Below the pieces are notes generated by a model. That model saw only the letters and a list, made by a program, of their open reading frames with translations. It was not told the origin of the DNA and did not search any database. Positions 1 through 11,100 of a stretch of DNA of 64,000 nucleotides are shown piece after piece (within the stretch, counting starts at the first letter, position 1; each line of letters opens with the position of its first letter). The position numbers and the translations under genes were made by a program. This DNA comes from Candidatus Hermodarchaeum yapensis (GTDB lineage: Archaea > Asgardarchaeota > Hermodarchaeia > Hermodarchaeales > Hermodarchaeaceae): positions 32,001 to 96,000 of the forward strand of contig JAEOSK010000003.1 of NCBI GenBank assembly GCA_016840405.1, in the 5' to 3' direction.

Positions 1-870
1 AATTTCAGCTTCATCGCGTAATGCACTCATGAACTCATGTTCTGAGAATTGGTCTCGCATGACGTTATCAATGAGCGTTTTGAGGTATTCGATGAGTTCT
101 TGGGAGTTCATCGGAATTCGTTGCTCATGAAGAGTCGATATGAGTTTTCGAGAGTCATCGACGACAAACGCGTAAAGCAATCCATAGGGCTCCTGCAGCC
201 GAATTGAACGTTTGTAAGTTATTTTCCCTTCAGCACCTTTAACGGGAATATCATATTCTTCTCGGCGCCACGATTTACCTGTCCAGGTCAGTCGGGCAAG
301 ATCCGATGTCTGTGTTACGCCTGTATTGGCATAAACATGAACACGACCTGTGTAAATGAAAACAACATTTGCCTTGTAACCTTGTCCACGCCAGCCTGTC
401 TTGATTAGCGGTGACTGAAATGTCTCTATGGTGTATGGTGTTTCGCTGGGTTCCCAAACCTCATAAACTTTAAACTCTCGATCCCCGTTATTGAATTCCT
501 CTCCATAGCCACAACAGATCCAATCAGGGGGAACATAGATTTTCGCATCTTTTTCAAGAATTTCAATTTGCTCCATATCCCGTTCAAGATCTGGGGGATG
601 ATAGATGAATTGGGGAAGCCGTGAATCGGACTCGGTTATTTCAGTGCCTGAAGCCAGGGTCCGTGTCAATGTTTTACCTGTCGAAAAGCCTCCAAAAGCT
701 GCAAGCCGTGTCAGTCGCCTGAATGCGCGGATGGCTTGAGCACCCCGATCCTTATGGGGAGCTTGAATCATTTGGGTCCAGTAATTTTGACTTCCCACAT
801 CGCCAATTGGGATACTAGGGTGAGGTCCTAAGACTGGATCTGGAGCAAGTAAACAAATTGTTTTCGCCAT
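1..870 (-). CDS. Hypothetical protein, >290 aa, truncated by the window edge
   Basis: Absent from the ORF track. ATG at 870 with GGAGG RBS upstream. Manual translation (MAKTICLLAPDPVLGPHP...EFMSALRDEAEI) is open to position 1. Co-oriented with the cdc48 operon. Confidence 0.8.
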   Translation of the reverse strand, partial: MAKTICLLAPDPVLGPHPSIPIGDVGSQNYWTQMIQAPHKDRGAQAIRAFRRLTRLAAFGGFSTGKTLTRTLASGTEITESDSRLPQFIYHPPDLERDMEQIEILEKDAKIYVPPDWICCGYGEEFNNGDREFKVYEVWEPSETPYTIETFQSPLIKTGWRGQGYKANVVFIYTGRVHVYANTGVTQTSDLARLTWTGKSWRREEYDIPVKGAEGKITYKRSIRLQEPYGLLYAFVVDDSRKLISTLHEQRIPMNSQELIEYLKTLIDNVMRDQFSEHEFMSALRDEAEI

Positions 871-932
871 AGTTGAAACCTCCTTCTCTTATCTGCGGTA
901 TTTTCTAGCCTCATATAACTTCTGGTGCTATA

Positions 933-1781
933 TTAGAAGCCTGTGATTTCATATCGGTCTCCTAGTTTTTCTCTTTTAGCTTCTTCTTCAGCTCGCCATT
1001 CCTCTATAAGCTGCTGGATTTTTTGTTGAAGAATATCATTTGAAGAATGGGCAATCCACTCTTCTGAAATATGTACATGGTCACCTCGTAGTGCTAATGT
1101 TCGTGAGACTGAATCGAAATAGCCACCTTGACCTTTCTTTCCGAGAAACTTGACCAGCCCATTGAAGACTATTTGGGCTTTTTTCGGATAGGCATCTAAC
1201 ATGCTTTCGGGCACTATTGTCATCTGTATGTTGATACGTTGTCCGACCAAATCATAGATTGTTGATTCTGTTGTTTCTCCATGTTTTACACCGCTTTCAA
1301 GAAGCGTATAGAAGTCAATGGGTCCAGCGAAACATTGCTTGAAGAAATCATGGCTCGTTCGCTGGAAGTCAAGGAGTTCACCGGTTGCTTTCACATATAC
1401 CAATTCTTGCACTCCATCTGATCTCTCAATTGCCAAATTCATATGTTTCTTCCATTTTGCGTAACTACCCGGATGTTCCTGTAGTTCAGGCAAGTATACC
1501 AAAGGGACATTGATGAATACTTTACTTTGTTTGAAGGCTTTTTCTAGCTCGCCAGCATACGGCTCTGCAGGTGGGAGACCTTCGACTTCTGCAATAAATG
1601 CTACACGATAGCTGGTAAGAACGAGATGACCATCTTGTCCACGCACAAGCATTGGTCGCTCCCCTGCGCGAATACCCTTGGCAATTTTGGCCTTGGCTAC
1701 CAGAATGAGAGTCTCTTGTTCCTTTGGTAAGATGCTTTTGGCCAATGTTAGCTTTTCAGTTGGTTCCAGTTCCCATGTCAA
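933..1781 (-). CDS. Hypothetical protein with possible N-terminal PH/GRAM/GLUE-like domain
   Basis: 282-aa ORF with TTG start and RBS. GQDGHLVLTSYRVAF fits the GxLxLTxxRxxF signature of PH-fold GRAM/GLUE/bPH domains. Confidence 0.6.
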   Translation of the reverse strand: MTWELEPTEKLTLAKSILPKEQETLILVAKAKIAKGIRAGERPMLVRGQDGHLVLTSYRVAFIAEVEGLPPAEPYAGELEKAFKQSKVFINVPLVYLPELQEHPGSYAKWKKHMNLAIERSDGVQELVYVKATGELLDFQRTSHDFFKQCFAGPIDFYTLLESGVKHGETTESTIYDLVGQRINIQMTIVPESMLDAYPKKAQIVFNGLVKFLGKKGQGGYFDSVSRTLALRGDHVHISEEWIAHSSNDILQQKIQQLIEEWRAEEEAKREKLGDRYEITGF

Positions 1782-1841
1782 CGTTTATGACCATCCTTTC
1801 CGCGATATCCTGATGTTACCCTATACTGATTCGATATTTGA

Positions 1842-3992
1842 TTATTGTCCAAGGAAACGTTCAGCAAATTGACTGAATTTATTCAGAGTATCCTGTGAAA
1901 TACTAGGTTGTACTGATGCTAGTGCATCCTGAAAGTGATTCATGCTGACCTTTGAAGCGTCTGGGTTTTCACGGATAGCAGCCAACACCGCTTTTCGACA
2001 GACATTTCCGATATCAGCACCTGAAAAGCCTTCAGTTGTCGATGCCAGTTGATCTAGATTTACATCTTCAGTAAGAGGCATTTTTCGTGTATGGACTGCA
2101 AAGATTGCACGTCGAGCGGCTAAATCTGGTGGAGGTGTGAATACAAAGATATCAAAACGCCCTGGACGAAGCAAGGCAGGATCAATGATATCAGGACGGT
2201 TTGTTGCCGCAAGCACGACAACTCCCTGAAGCTCTTCCATCCCATCAATTTCCACAAGGAGTTGGTTTACTACACGTTCACTTACGCGACTGTCAAATCC
2301 TGAACCACGGCGAGGTGCAAGATTATCTAATTCGTCTATAAAGAGGATTACAGGAGCTGCTTGCCTAGCCCGGCGAAAGATCTCTGCAATAATTTTCTCA
2401 GATTCTCCCACCCATTTACTCATAACTTCAGCGCCACGTACACTAATGAAATTTGCTTGGCTTTCAGTGGCAACGGCTTTTGCGAGTAGTGTTTTACCTG
2501 TTCCGGGTGGTCCAAATAAGAGGACACCCTTGGGTGGATCGATGTTAAAACGTGTGAAAACATCGGGTCGATTGATGGGGAGTTCAACGGCTTCACGAAG
2601 TGCCTGTTTTGCTTCCTCCATTCCACCAACATCATCCCATTGAACCATGGGAATTTCGACGGAAATTTCACGTAACGCAGAAGGTTCCACGAGCTGTCTA
2701 GCGGAGCGGAAATCATCTGCTGTTACTACGATTTGATTAATCAGTTCCGGGGGAATTTGCATTTGTTGTTCTTCAATCTGTGGAAGGACACGTCGCAAAG
2801 CGCTGAGTGCAGCTTCTTTGACTAAAAAGGCTAAATCTGAACCCACAAATCCGTGTGTATTGTGTGCCATTTGCTGCAGATTCACTGATGGATCCAAGGG
2901 TACTCCACGAGTGTGTACTTGCAGGATGTCAAGCCGTCCTCGTGTATCGGGAACATTGATCAAGATTTCGCGATCAAAACGTCCAGGTCTTCGTAGTGCA
3001 GGATCAAGAGCTTCGAGTCGGTTTGTCGCAGCGATGACAAAAACCTGGTCACGATCTTTGAGACCATCCATCAGGGTTAGAATTTGAGCAACGATACGGC
3101 TTTCCATTCCCCCCGTTTCACGCCGTGATGCAATAGCATCGATTTCATCAATAAAGATAATGGCAGGTTTGTGTTTCTCCGCTTCTTGGAAAACGTCTCG
3201 CAGGTACTTTTCTGATTCGCCATAATATTGACTGACAATCTCAGGACCGTTTATTGCCCGAAAAAAGGCTTCGCTTTCTGTAGCCACTGTTCTAGCGAGT
3301 AACGTTTTTCCGCAACCGGGTGGACCATGGAGCAACACTCCACGAGGAGGCTCAATTTTTAATCGAGCAAACAGTTCCGGATGTCGAATGGGGAGCTCGA
3401 CGATTTCACGAATCCGATGAATAGCGACATCCAGTCCTCCCACATCATCGTATGTTGCAGTGGCAACAGTATCAACTTCTTCTGGAGCTTCCTTAAGGAG
3501 TTGGAGATCGGTACTTGCTGTAATTATGACATTCCCCGTGGGCACTGTCTTAGCCACGTAGAATTTGGCTTCGCCGAGGGCAAAAGCTGCTCGCCCTACG
3601 GCAATCACGGTATCTTTCTTGACTGGTTTATCCATGAGATTGGATTTCAAAAGTGATGCCGCTAATTCCTGCCGATATTGTAGTTCTTCCCCCTTCATTG
3701 GCGTTAATACAACATTTCTTGCGGGTTGTGCATCGGTTCCTTGTAGCGTAACTGTGTCACCTAAACGTACTCCCGCATTTAGCCGTGATAATCCATCCAT
3801 CTTGATGACGGCTCGATTGTGAATAGAAGAATCCCTGAGTGCAAGAGCACATACACTCTTTTTGCCGACTATTTCGACAACAGAACCATCAGAAATCTGC
3901 AATTGGTCTAAAATTGTTGGATCAACACGAACCGTGAAACGACCCACATCAACGGCGCTTGCTTCAGCAACACGAACCGACGCTACAGTCAC
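1842..3992 (-). CDS. cdc48: CDC48/VCP/p97 family AAA+ ATPase
   Basis: N-domain, then two AAA modules: GPPGCGKT and GPPGTGKT Walker A, IFIDEID and LFIDELD Walker [10 protein letters not shown] and [12 protein letters not shown]. Confidence 0.97.
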   Translation of the reverse strand: MTVASVRVAEASAVDVGRFTVRVDPTILDQLQISDGSVVEIVGKKSVCALALRDSSIHNRAVIKMDGLSRLNAGVRLGDTVTLQGTDAQPARNVVLTPMKGEELQYRQELAASLLKSNLMDKPVKKDTVIAVGRAAFALGEAKFYVAKTVPTGNVIITASTDLQLLKEAPEEVDTVATATYDDVGGLDVAIHRIREIVELPIRHPELFARLKIEPPRGVLLHGPPGCGKTLLARTVATESEAFFRAINGPEIVSQYYGESEKYLRDVFQEAEKHKPAIIFIDEIDAIASRRETGGMESRIVAQILTLMDGLKDRDQVFVIAATNRLEALDPALRRPGRFDREILINVPDTRGRLDILQVHTRGVPLDPSVNLQQMAHNTHGFVGSDLAFLVKEAALSALRRVLPQIEEQQMQIPPELINQIVVTADDFRSARQLVEPSALREISVEIPMVQWDDVGGMEEAKQALREAVELPINRPDVFTRFNIDPPKGVLLFGPPGTGKTLLAKAVATESQANFISVRGAEVMSKWVGESEKIIAEIFRRARQAAPVILFIDELDNLAPRRGSGFDSRVSERVVNQLLVEIDGMEELQGVVVLAATNRPDIIDPALLRPGRFDIFVFTPPPDLAARRAIFAVHTRKMPLTEDVNLDQLASTTEGFSGADIGNVCRKAVLAAIRENPDASKVSMNHFQDALASVQPSISQDTLNKFSQFAERFLGQ

Positions 3993-4098
3993 GCTAGTCT
4001 CACACCCCTATTTGATGTATCAGGAGAGGGCACATATAGACCACGCGAGTAGCATATTTAACTCCAGCCCCTGATAGGAGATATAGAGTAGAGAGTCT

Positions 4099-4995
4099 AT
4101 GACCACCTCAAAGCCAATTTCAATACTTTTTGATGCTGCGCATAATGAGGAGGTAATTCTTCAAGAGCCTGAACTTTCCAGTCTGTGTCTTCTTTTAGAA
4201 ACGAATGGAATGAAGACTGGCTCCCTTGATACATCGATCACGCTGGAAGAACTCACGAATTTTAAAGTCATAGTCCTAGGAAATCCTCGGGAATCTAAAT
4301 TAAAATCAAAAGAAATCAAAGCTTTGCAATCTTTCGTTGAATCAGGAGGAGGTTTGCTGTTAATCAGTGGAGCAACAATTTTCGGGAAAGGAGGAGATTC
4401 AGCCCGGCTTACAAACCTGAATGCCCTTGCGACCAAATTCCACTTTGAATTTTCGGAGAAAGCCATTAGTCGTCAGTTAGAAGGAGATTTGTCCGATGCT
4501 GCAGCTAAAGACGAGATGATAATGGCTGTTCCTGCAGCACAGCATCCCCTTGTAAAAGGAATCAGCCACCTTCTATTCACAACAAGCACAAGCATCAAAG
4601 CAGAGGACACTGCAACCCACCTTTTTCGAACGGCAAATAGTCCAGGGAATCCAACAAATGTCATTACTATTGAGTTGGACAAGGGACGTGTCCTCGCAAT
4701 GGGTGGAGCCACACCCTTCTTCAACGACTATGTTGGAATCCATGACCATGAGGTTTTCATTATTCAAGCTTTTCGCTGGTTGGCGGGTCATCCAGTGAAT
4801 GTCCCTGTAATTTCTTTGACTCCTGATACAGAGATGAGTGAAGTTGTTAGTGCGAATGAAGCAATTGCTGACCTGCAACTACAACTAAACCAGATTGAAC
4901 AGGAACTAGCTGGTCTAAAGAAGGTCATCAATACGAGTTTGAAAGAAATGGAGAAGATTATTCGTCAATTTCAAGACGAAAAGGACGAGTCCTAA
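4099..4995 (+). CDS. GIFT/DUF4350 (IFT52/GldG-like) domain protein with C-terminal coiled coil
   Basis: Motif order ILFDAAHNE, VIVLGNPRE, EIKALQSFVESGGGLLL, GGDSARLTNLNAL, KGRVLAMG, FRWL. Heptad-rich C-terminus. Confidence 0.7.
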   Translation: MTTSKPISILFDAAHNEEVILQEPELSSLCLLLETNGMKTGSLDTSITLEELTNFKVIVLGNPRESKLKSKEIKALQSFVESGGGLLLISGATIFGKGGDSARLTNLNALATKFHFEFSEKAISRQLEGDLSDAAAKDEMIMAVPAAQHPLVKGISHLLFTTSTSIKAEDTATHLFRTANSPGNPTNVITIELDKGRVLAMGGATPFFNDYVGIHDHEVFIIQAFRWLAGHPVNVPVISLTPDTEMSEVVSANEAIADLQLQLNQIEQELAGLKKVINTSLKEMEKIIRQFQDEKDES

Positions 4996-5000
4996 GATAG

Positions 5001-5675
5001 TTACTCTCGAGTCTGGGTTGTTGAAGAAACGAGTTGTTCGACGGTTATTCGTCGTTCTAACATTATGGCATGATGGTCCTGTAATGCTTGAAAGTTAACG
5101 ATGACTTGAAAAAGTGGTTGTTGGAGGACAATTGCAAGTTCTTCGAGTGATCGATTATCATCGATGGCTTCCAGAAGAGGTTGGAGTGTTTGAGGGAGAG
5201 AGCTTTGGGGAAAAGTGTGAACACGAACGGGAACATAGCGCTCTGAGATCGCTAGGGGTCGAAATAGTGTATCAATTATCGGTACAAAATCTCGGAAATG
5301 ACTGAGATCACCGAGCCAATTTTCTAACAGCTTTTCATGGCGCATTTCAAGCAGGGTTATTAAAGTACACATTCGTCGCCGGATCACGGGTAAATCATGG
5401 GTTGAAAATGCGGCTACATAGATATTTTTTCCGTATTCTAAGAGGATCTTGACATCCTCTCGGTCGATAATTCGTAAACGGCCATCTTCTCGTTCCAGGG
5501 ATTTCAACTGTTGCCCATCATCAGATATTCGTCCAACAAGATCTGATAGAAACATGCTCACCGCTGAGAGGAACCCGGTGACAAGGTCTGGTTCCATATT
5601 TTCAATTTGGAAGTCCTTTTGGAGCAGAGTACGTCCATCTCTGTAAACAACATAGAGACTATACAATGTTGCCAT
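5001..5675 (-). CDS. Longin-like domain plus C-terminal winged HTH (NPRL2-like architecture)
   Basis: LYVVYRDGRTL and EPDLVTGFLSAV are typical of Asgard longin-fold proteins. C-terminal YVP...LLEAIDDNRSLEELA...FQALQDHHAI looks like a wHTH. Confidence 0.7.
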   Translation of the reverse strand: MATLYSLYVVYRDGRTLLQKDFQIENMEPDLVTGFLSAVSMFLSDLVGRISDDGQQLKSLEREDGRLRIIDREDVKILLEYGKNIYVAAFSTHDLPVIRRRMCTLITLLEMRHEKLLENWLGDLSHFRDFVPIIDTLFRPLAISERYVPVRVHTFPQSSLPQTLQPLLEAIDDNRSLEELAIVLQQPLFQVIVNFQALQDHHAIMLERRITVEQLVSSTTQTRE

Positions 5676-5776
5676 TCAACTTCACACGAATTGTCTGTTC
5701 TGTGATTGTTTAACATGTCTAATGGTATCTTAAATAGGTACTGAGCTTTGTTCCAACTCGCTTCTCACGTTGAAAA

Positions 5777-8344
5777 TTACCAGGCACCTCGTCGGGCAAT
5801 CGCGCGTATTTCACTGATGATTTCAGTGGGTGTCGTCAGTTCATCGCCGAGATATGTGCGTCCTGATGTGATGAATGCCATATAGTAGCCTAGAAAGGGA
5901 ATTAGCTTGTCTTCTTTGAGACCAACTTCGATGATGCTAGATGTATCGAGTTCTTTCGCACGTTGGTGAAGCCAATCAGCAATTACTTTGTGGTGGCGTT
6001 TTTGTCGAATGGGAAAGAATTCGTGATGCAGATTAATAGTTACTAGTGGTATACGGTCTTTTGCCAGGAGATGGCATTGATGGAGGACATCAGCCACTGC
6101 TTCGGGAAGTCCAAGGTCAGGGGTATCTGATTTGCTTAGCTGAATATTTGGGAGGTAGTCACTAAAGACTACAATGAGGGGAAGGGTGCCTGAGTTTCGG
6201 CGACGTTCGCGCTTTATGGTCTCATGTGCTCGTTTGAGTCCTGCGGCTAGAGGTGTGTATCCGGATAGGCGCAGTGTCATGAGTTTTGCGACTAAACGTG
6301 TCCAGTTTGTGGTGGGAGCTTGGACTTCTGCTGCGCCCCAATCTTTTAGGGCAATAAGCCCGACGCGATCTCGAGTGCCTTCAAGGCAGTTTTTGAAGGC
6401 TATTAGAGAAAGCTGGAGTTTGTCGAAGTTTTTGAGCATGGACACGCTGAGATCAACGACAAAGATAATGGTGATTGGGGTTCTGCTAAGGAACCGTTTT
6501 TCGCGGACATCTTCCAGTTGAATTTTCACCCTAGGTGTTTGTTTTGTGGTAAGGTCAGTATGGATTGCTGCTGCAGATATTGTGGCGGGGAGATGGATGT
6601 TACGTGGAGATCCTTGAGGAAGACTTGAACCCTGTATGACACCACTCTCGGCAAGTCGTGTTGTTCCGGTTCCAGCTCTTCGACCCACTTGGCGGATCGA
6701 CCATTTGGGTGCGCGTTGTCGTCCGAAAAAGCGTGGTTCGAGTAATTCCTCTAGATGGAACAAGGGTGTGCCTTCATCTAATCGGATGAGCTTCGCTGAA
6801 TCCGTGGGACTCGACGGAGCGGATTGCTGTGAAGGAGTCGTTTTACTAGAAGATGAGGGTTTTGAACTCGTAGTTGCAGGTGCTGTAGAGTCGCCCTTAT
6901 GTTTTGTAGGACGGATTTTTGAACCGGGATCAGGGGGTCGATCAGCTTGAGCTAGCGACGGCATGACTAAACCAGCTTTGCGTCGATAGCGCATTACACG
7001 TTCAATTAGAAACAGTAGGCTAAATGCCAGAATACCACCAATGATGAAATTAATGGGAAAAATTAGAGTGCCTAAGAGGTAGCCAAATGCCGCCGTCATC
7101 ACCATAAAAGAACAGATAAGCGACGTGTATGCGCAGCGTCCAGGTGGCCCTCGGCTAGGCGGGGTTCCAAAAAAACGCTGTCCATCCTGATTACTATCTA
7201 GCGCGTGATGCTGTTTGAATTTGCTTGTAAGTTTCTTGTGTATATCTTTAGTAGCTGGATCTTTGTCTTTGGATTTGGGATCGGTCGTTTTTACTTTCTT
7301 TTTTGCCTCTTGAATGGTTGCGCTAATTTCTTCACGAGTTGGTGGTTCCAGGATGCCTCGTTGCCGTGTCCGGTGGCTTAGAGCAAGATTCGCGACAATT
7401 TCAACGTCCTCCGGAGTGACTTCTGCCCGTCCATCAAAAGCGGCGAATGCCATAGAAGTTTTGGCGATTACGATATCAGGACGAGCCCCATCCACTTGGA
7501 GGCGCGAGGTTAGGTTAGCTATAACTTCCATGACCTCAGCAGGAATTTGAACAACACCCATACGTTCTCGAGCAGCGACAATCTCCTCACGTAATTTGTT
7601 CTCTTCATCCATCCATTTTGCACTCATCGCTTTAGGATTGCGTTCGAAGGCGATATTTAATCGAATAATTTCGACTCTTTCGTCTATTGTGAAAGGGCGT
7701 TGAATTGCCACGTGAAGAGGAAAACGATCCAACAATTGAGGACGCAATTCGCCTTCTTCTGGGTTCATAGAACCGACAAAGATGAACCGAGCCGGATGGC
7801 TAATCGAAATTCCCTCTCGTTCAACTACATTGACACCCGTAGCCGCCGCATCTAAAAGCGAATCAACAATATGATCTGGGAGTAAATTGACTTCATCAAC
7901 ATAGAGAAGATTTTGATTAGCATCTGCCAAAATTCCCGGTTTGAGGGCTGCAACGCCTTCTCGGATGGCCCGTTCAACATCCAAACTACCAACCACCCGA
8001 TCCTCAGTGGCACTCAATGGGAGATTTACAACGCGCATTTTTTGCGTTACCGACGTGAGTTTTCGTTTCTTCTGAAGTTTTGCTGTACAAGCCTCACAAA
8101 CCCCACTTGGATCATCAGGGGCGCAACGAAATTTGCACCCTTTCACAACGGGAATGTCAGGAAGTAATGCTGCCAACGAACGTACGATGGTTGTTTTTCC
8201 GGTTCCCTTGGGACCAGTGATAAGAAGCCCACCTATGTGAGGATTAATGGCGTTGAGTAACAGAGCCAGTTTCAGCTCATCATGGTTGACAATTGCTGAA
8301 AAAGGAAGGACAGTGCGAGTGGCATCCATCTCTTCTGGTTCCAA
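5777..8344 (-). CDS. Mg/Co-chelatase ChlD/BchD-like AAA+-vWA protein with internal transmembrane hairpin
   Basis: [52 protein letters not shown]. vWA MIDAS DLSVSM and GYTPLAAGL. Likely start is TTG 8344 (GAGGT RBS); the track ORF extends to 8428. Confidence 0.88.
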   Translation of the reverse strand: MEPEEMDATRTVLPFSAIVNHDELKLALLLNAINPHIGGLLITGPKGTGKTTIVRSLAALLPDIPVVKGCKFRCAPDDPSGVCEACTAKLQKKRKLTSVTQKMRVVNLPLSATEDRVVGSLDVERAIREGVAALKPGILADANQNLLYVDEVNLLPDHIVDSLLDAAATGVNVVEREGISISHPARFIFVGSMNPEEGELRPQLLDRFPLHVAIQRPFTIDERVEIIRLNIAFERNPKAMSAKWMDEENKLREEIVAARERMGVVQIPAEVMEVIANLTSRLQVDGARPDIVIAKTSMAFAAFDGRAEVTPEDVEIVANLALSHRTRQRGILEPPTREEISATIQEAKKKVKTTDPKSKDKDPATKDIHKKLTSKFKQHHALDSNQDGQRFFGTPPSRGPPGRCAYTSLICSFMVMTAAFGYLLGTLIFPINFIIGGILAFSLLFLIERVMRYRRKAGLVMPSLAQADRPPDPGSKIRPTKHKGDSTAPATTSSKPSSSSKTTPSQQSAPSSPTDSAKLIRLDEGTPLFHLEELLEPRFFGRQRAPKWSIRQVGRRAGTGTTRLAESGVIQGSSLPQGSPRNIHLPATISAAAIHTDLTTKQTPRVKIQLEDVREKRFLSRTPITIIFVVDLSVSMLKNFDKLQLSLIAFKNCLEGTRDRVGLIALKDWGAAEVQAPTTNWTRLVAKLMTLRLSGYTPLAAGLKRAHETIKRERRRNSGTLPLIVVFSDYLPNIQLSKSDTPDLGLPEAVADVLHQCHLLAKDRIPLVTINLHHEFFPIRQKRHHKVIADWLHQRAKELDTSSIIEVGLKEDKLIPFLGYYMAFITSGRTYLGDELTTPTEIISEIRAIARRGAW

Positions 8345-8476
8345 GCTGTGAACCTCTACCACCCCTGTTCTTCTCCAGTTTAAAGAATTTTGGGAACAAG
8401 CACCACTCAAAGGAGTTTTTCCTACCAATTGAGGATAATTTATACAGGTAAAAAATTAAAGCGATTAGAGTAAAAG

Positions 8477-9004
8477 GTGCGTTTCATGACGACTCAGACA
8501 ACCAAGGATTTCCGCGATGGTCTCGCAACCGCATATCGGGCTGCTCGAAGCCATCTTCGATATCTTTTAACGGATTTAACACCTGAGCAGGCTGCAACAG
8601 AACCTGCCCCCGAGTCCCGAACCATTCTGTATTATTTGACTCATATTGCGAACTCTGAACTCTATTGGTTCGCGGCATCAGGACGGAAAGTTGCTGTCTA
8701 CGCCAAAGAGGTTCCACTTGACATTGCTATCGACCTTCTTGACGAAGTCAAAGATCGTGTGCTACACGAACTCAAAGAATGTTTGGATGAGGAGCTTGTT
8801 TTTCAACCGCCAACTGAAGGCGTTAAGCCTAGTCTTGGGTGGGTTGTGTCCCGAATTACTCTTCATGCGCTTTATCATAGTGGTGAAATCATTTACACGC
8901 GGTATGCGGTTGGAGGGTCGGATTTACCTAACGATGTAGTCGAAGAGTCGTGGAGTCGTATGATGGATGCAATGATGCATTTGATTTTTATGGCCCAACA
9001 ATAG
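8477..9004 (+). CDS. DinB/YfiT family protein
   Basis: TILYYLTHIANSELYW and ITLHALYHSGEI give the His triad. Confidence 0.8.
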   Translation: MRFMTTQTTKDFRDGLATAYRAARSHLRYLLTDLTPEQAATEPAPESRTILYYLTHIANSELYWFAASGRKVAVYAKEVPLDIAIDLLDEVKDRVLHELKECLDEELVFQPPTEGVKPSLGWVVSRITLHALYHSGEIIYTRYAVGGSDLPNDVVEESWSRMMDAMMHLIFMAQQ

Positions 9005-9048
9005 GAACAGAACGGCAGTTCAACTCATTCAAAAATTTGCTTTGAATA

Positions 9049-9585
9049 TTATATTGATTTTGTGAGATCTGTAAATGCATCTTTGAAAATGGTTAATGTT
9101 GTAGGATCATAAAGACAGAAGACTATTCGACGAAGCGAAGCATTGCTTTCTTTAAGATAGGTAATCGTTGTTGAGAGAATTATCTCTGCAGCCCGTTCCT
9201 TAGGAAAGCCAAAGATACCCGTACTGATTGCTGGAAATGCTATGCTTCGTAGTTGCTTACTGTCAGCCAAAGTCAGAGCACTACGTACCGCGCTGGCAAG
9301 CTTCTGATCTTCATCCCCTTCTCCCCAACGAGGCCCCACTGCGTGAATTACATACCTAGCCTTTAGGTTTCCCCCACTTGTTTTCACTGCAGTGCCGACA
9401 GGTGTTCCCCCGATGTCATCACATTCCCGTTGGATAGTTGGACCACCACGACGGCGAATTGCCCCAGCCACGCCTCCACCCAGTTGAAGCGATTCGTTCG
9501 CAGCATTCACGATGGCGTCAGTTGCTAAATCGGTGATATCACCTTGGACGAGTTCAACGATGACTTTATTGATAACTCGCCGCAT
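9049..9585 (-). CDS. Macro domain protein (O-acetyl-ADP-ribose deacetylase / ADP-ribosylhydrolase)
   Basis: GDIT, IVNAAN, GGGVAGAI, VIHAVGP, AFPAISTGIFGFP. Confidence 0.95.
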   Translation of the reverse strand: MRRVINKVIVELVQGDITDLATDAIVNAANESLQLGGGVAGAIRRRGGPTIQRECDDIGGTPVGTAVKTSGGNLKARYVIHAVGPRWGEGDEDQKLASAVRSALTLADSKQLRSIAFPAISTGIFGFPKERAAEIILSTTITYLKESNASLRRIVFCLYDPTTLTIFKDAFTDLTKSI

Positions 9586-9739
9586 GCGCCTACATCCATT
9601 CGATCATCCACTATCCGCACAAAGCTTCGTTTTCAAGCTTAAAGGTTTCCCCTCCAAAAACCTTCATTACTGAAACACTGAATTCTTCTTGAAGCCCCTG
9701 TGCATTTTTCTTAATTTGAATGTCAAATATCTTGTAGAG

Positions 9740-10426
9740 TTATGGGAAAGAGAATACTGGACCCATGAGCCATCCTGTCAATCCGGCTACGATGATTAGA
9801 ATCCAAGAAAGAACAACGAGACATAGACTGAATAGCAAGACGCCCAAACGACCAGGCGCCTTGACCAGGTTCAAGTGATCATCCAGATATGTGGCTTTGA
9901 AGGAAGCACGGACATAGTAAATTGCAGCTACACCAAGGGGAATCCAAACTATATCAACAATAGTCCAAATTGTACCGGTTAGAATTGCGGTTAATCCTGC
10001 AAAAAACCCACCAATCATACCCCAAAGGTAAAAATCTGCTATGACGAAACCGGCAGTTTCCCATAAGGCACCAGTTACCATGGCGCTTATTTCCCCATAT
10101 CGGCTTGAGGCAAATCGTCGACCTAGATAACCTACAATGTAAGCTTCGACGCCGCGAACAGCTACGACGCCTGGAATGTAGACTGCAGGTAAACCAGCGT
10201 AGGTGATAAGGAAGCCCTTTCCAACAAGCTGACCGATAACCGTGACAATTAGACCAATTTCCGGACCATACAAAATCGCTGTAGCAAAAATAAGAACAGA
10301 AGAGGAATCGATGCTTCCCAATGGTGTGGGAATAACAATACTCGCATAGGATAATACGGCCATAAGGGCGCTGAGGATTCCGATTGTAGCAACATACATT
10401 GATCGCGGTGATGGTATTTCAGCCAT
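9740..10426 (-). CDS. ECF transporter S component
   Basis: About 6-7 TM segments, N-terminal GILSALMAVL (AxxxA-like) and ILYGP..G motif. Confidence 0.75.
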   Translation of the reverse strand: MAEIPSPRSMYVATIGILSALMAVLSYASIVIPTPLGSIDSSSVLIFATAILYGPEIGLIVTVIGQLVGKGFLITYAGLPAVYIPGVVAVRGVEAYIVGYLGRRFASSRYGEISAMVTGALWETAGFVIADFYLWGMIGGFFAGLTAILTGTIWTIVDIVWIPLGVAAIYYVRASFKATYLDDHLNLVKAPGRLGVLLFSLCLVVLSWILIIVAGLTGWLMGPVFSFP

Positions 10427-10551
10427 TGTGGTTCCCTCATATGGATTGATTGCGTTTGCTATACGTGATGTATATAAGCCTTGTGTAAAAAGTGTAGATT
10501 CAAAAGGGAGGATTAATCAAGAACCAAAACGGTTCAAGCCACGGAGGGACT

Positions 10552-11100
10552 GTGATGTCAACTACTGCAGAAGAACTCAAAAAACAATTGGCTAGAAACA
10601 TAAATTCAATATTGAGAACGCCAGGATTTGCCAGACTTATTCCAGAGGTAGGGAGCAACTTTGTAGCGTGCCTTCCAAACGCCACTAAACTCTCCCAAGT
10701 TGCAGGTTTAACAGGAAGAATCATTATTGTCCGTGGACGCCCACAAGCTGTGGGTGAAGTGGATTATGGTTGGTCGCCTTTTATGGGTCGAGTGATTTTA
10801 AAAGCGCACAACTTGGATGAAGACATTCGTTCAGCGATATCATTACGATTTTCCTCAACAATTACTGAAGCAGGTCGAAAGGCGAAATTGCAGGTTGTAG
10901 GGTTTCGACTGCCTGAAAGGGCAACAATCCCTGATTGCATGACATTGGCTGGATTATCGCGATTAAAATTTGTACCCGAATTGCTGTTTGATTGGGGAGC
11001 ACATGGAATTGAACCACTTGTCGTTGTCTTTGGTTCGAACTCAAAAGAAGTAAGAGAACATGTTCAAGCGATTATTAATGAACTACCTGTGAATGAGTGA
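10552..11100 (+). CDS. thiN: Thiamine-phosphate synthase ThiN-family protein
   Basis: LIPEVGSNFV, VAGLTGRII, IRSAISLRF, FDWGAHGIEP. Confidence 0.8.
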   Translation: MMSTTAEELKKQLARNINSILRTPGFARLIPEVGSNFVACLPNATKLSQVAGLTGRIIIVRGRPQAVGEVDYGWSPFMGRVILKAHNLDEDIRSAISLRFSSTITEAGRKAKLQVVGFRLPERATIPDCMTLAGLSRLKFVPELLFDWGAHGIEPLVVVFGSNSKEVREHVQAIINELPVNE

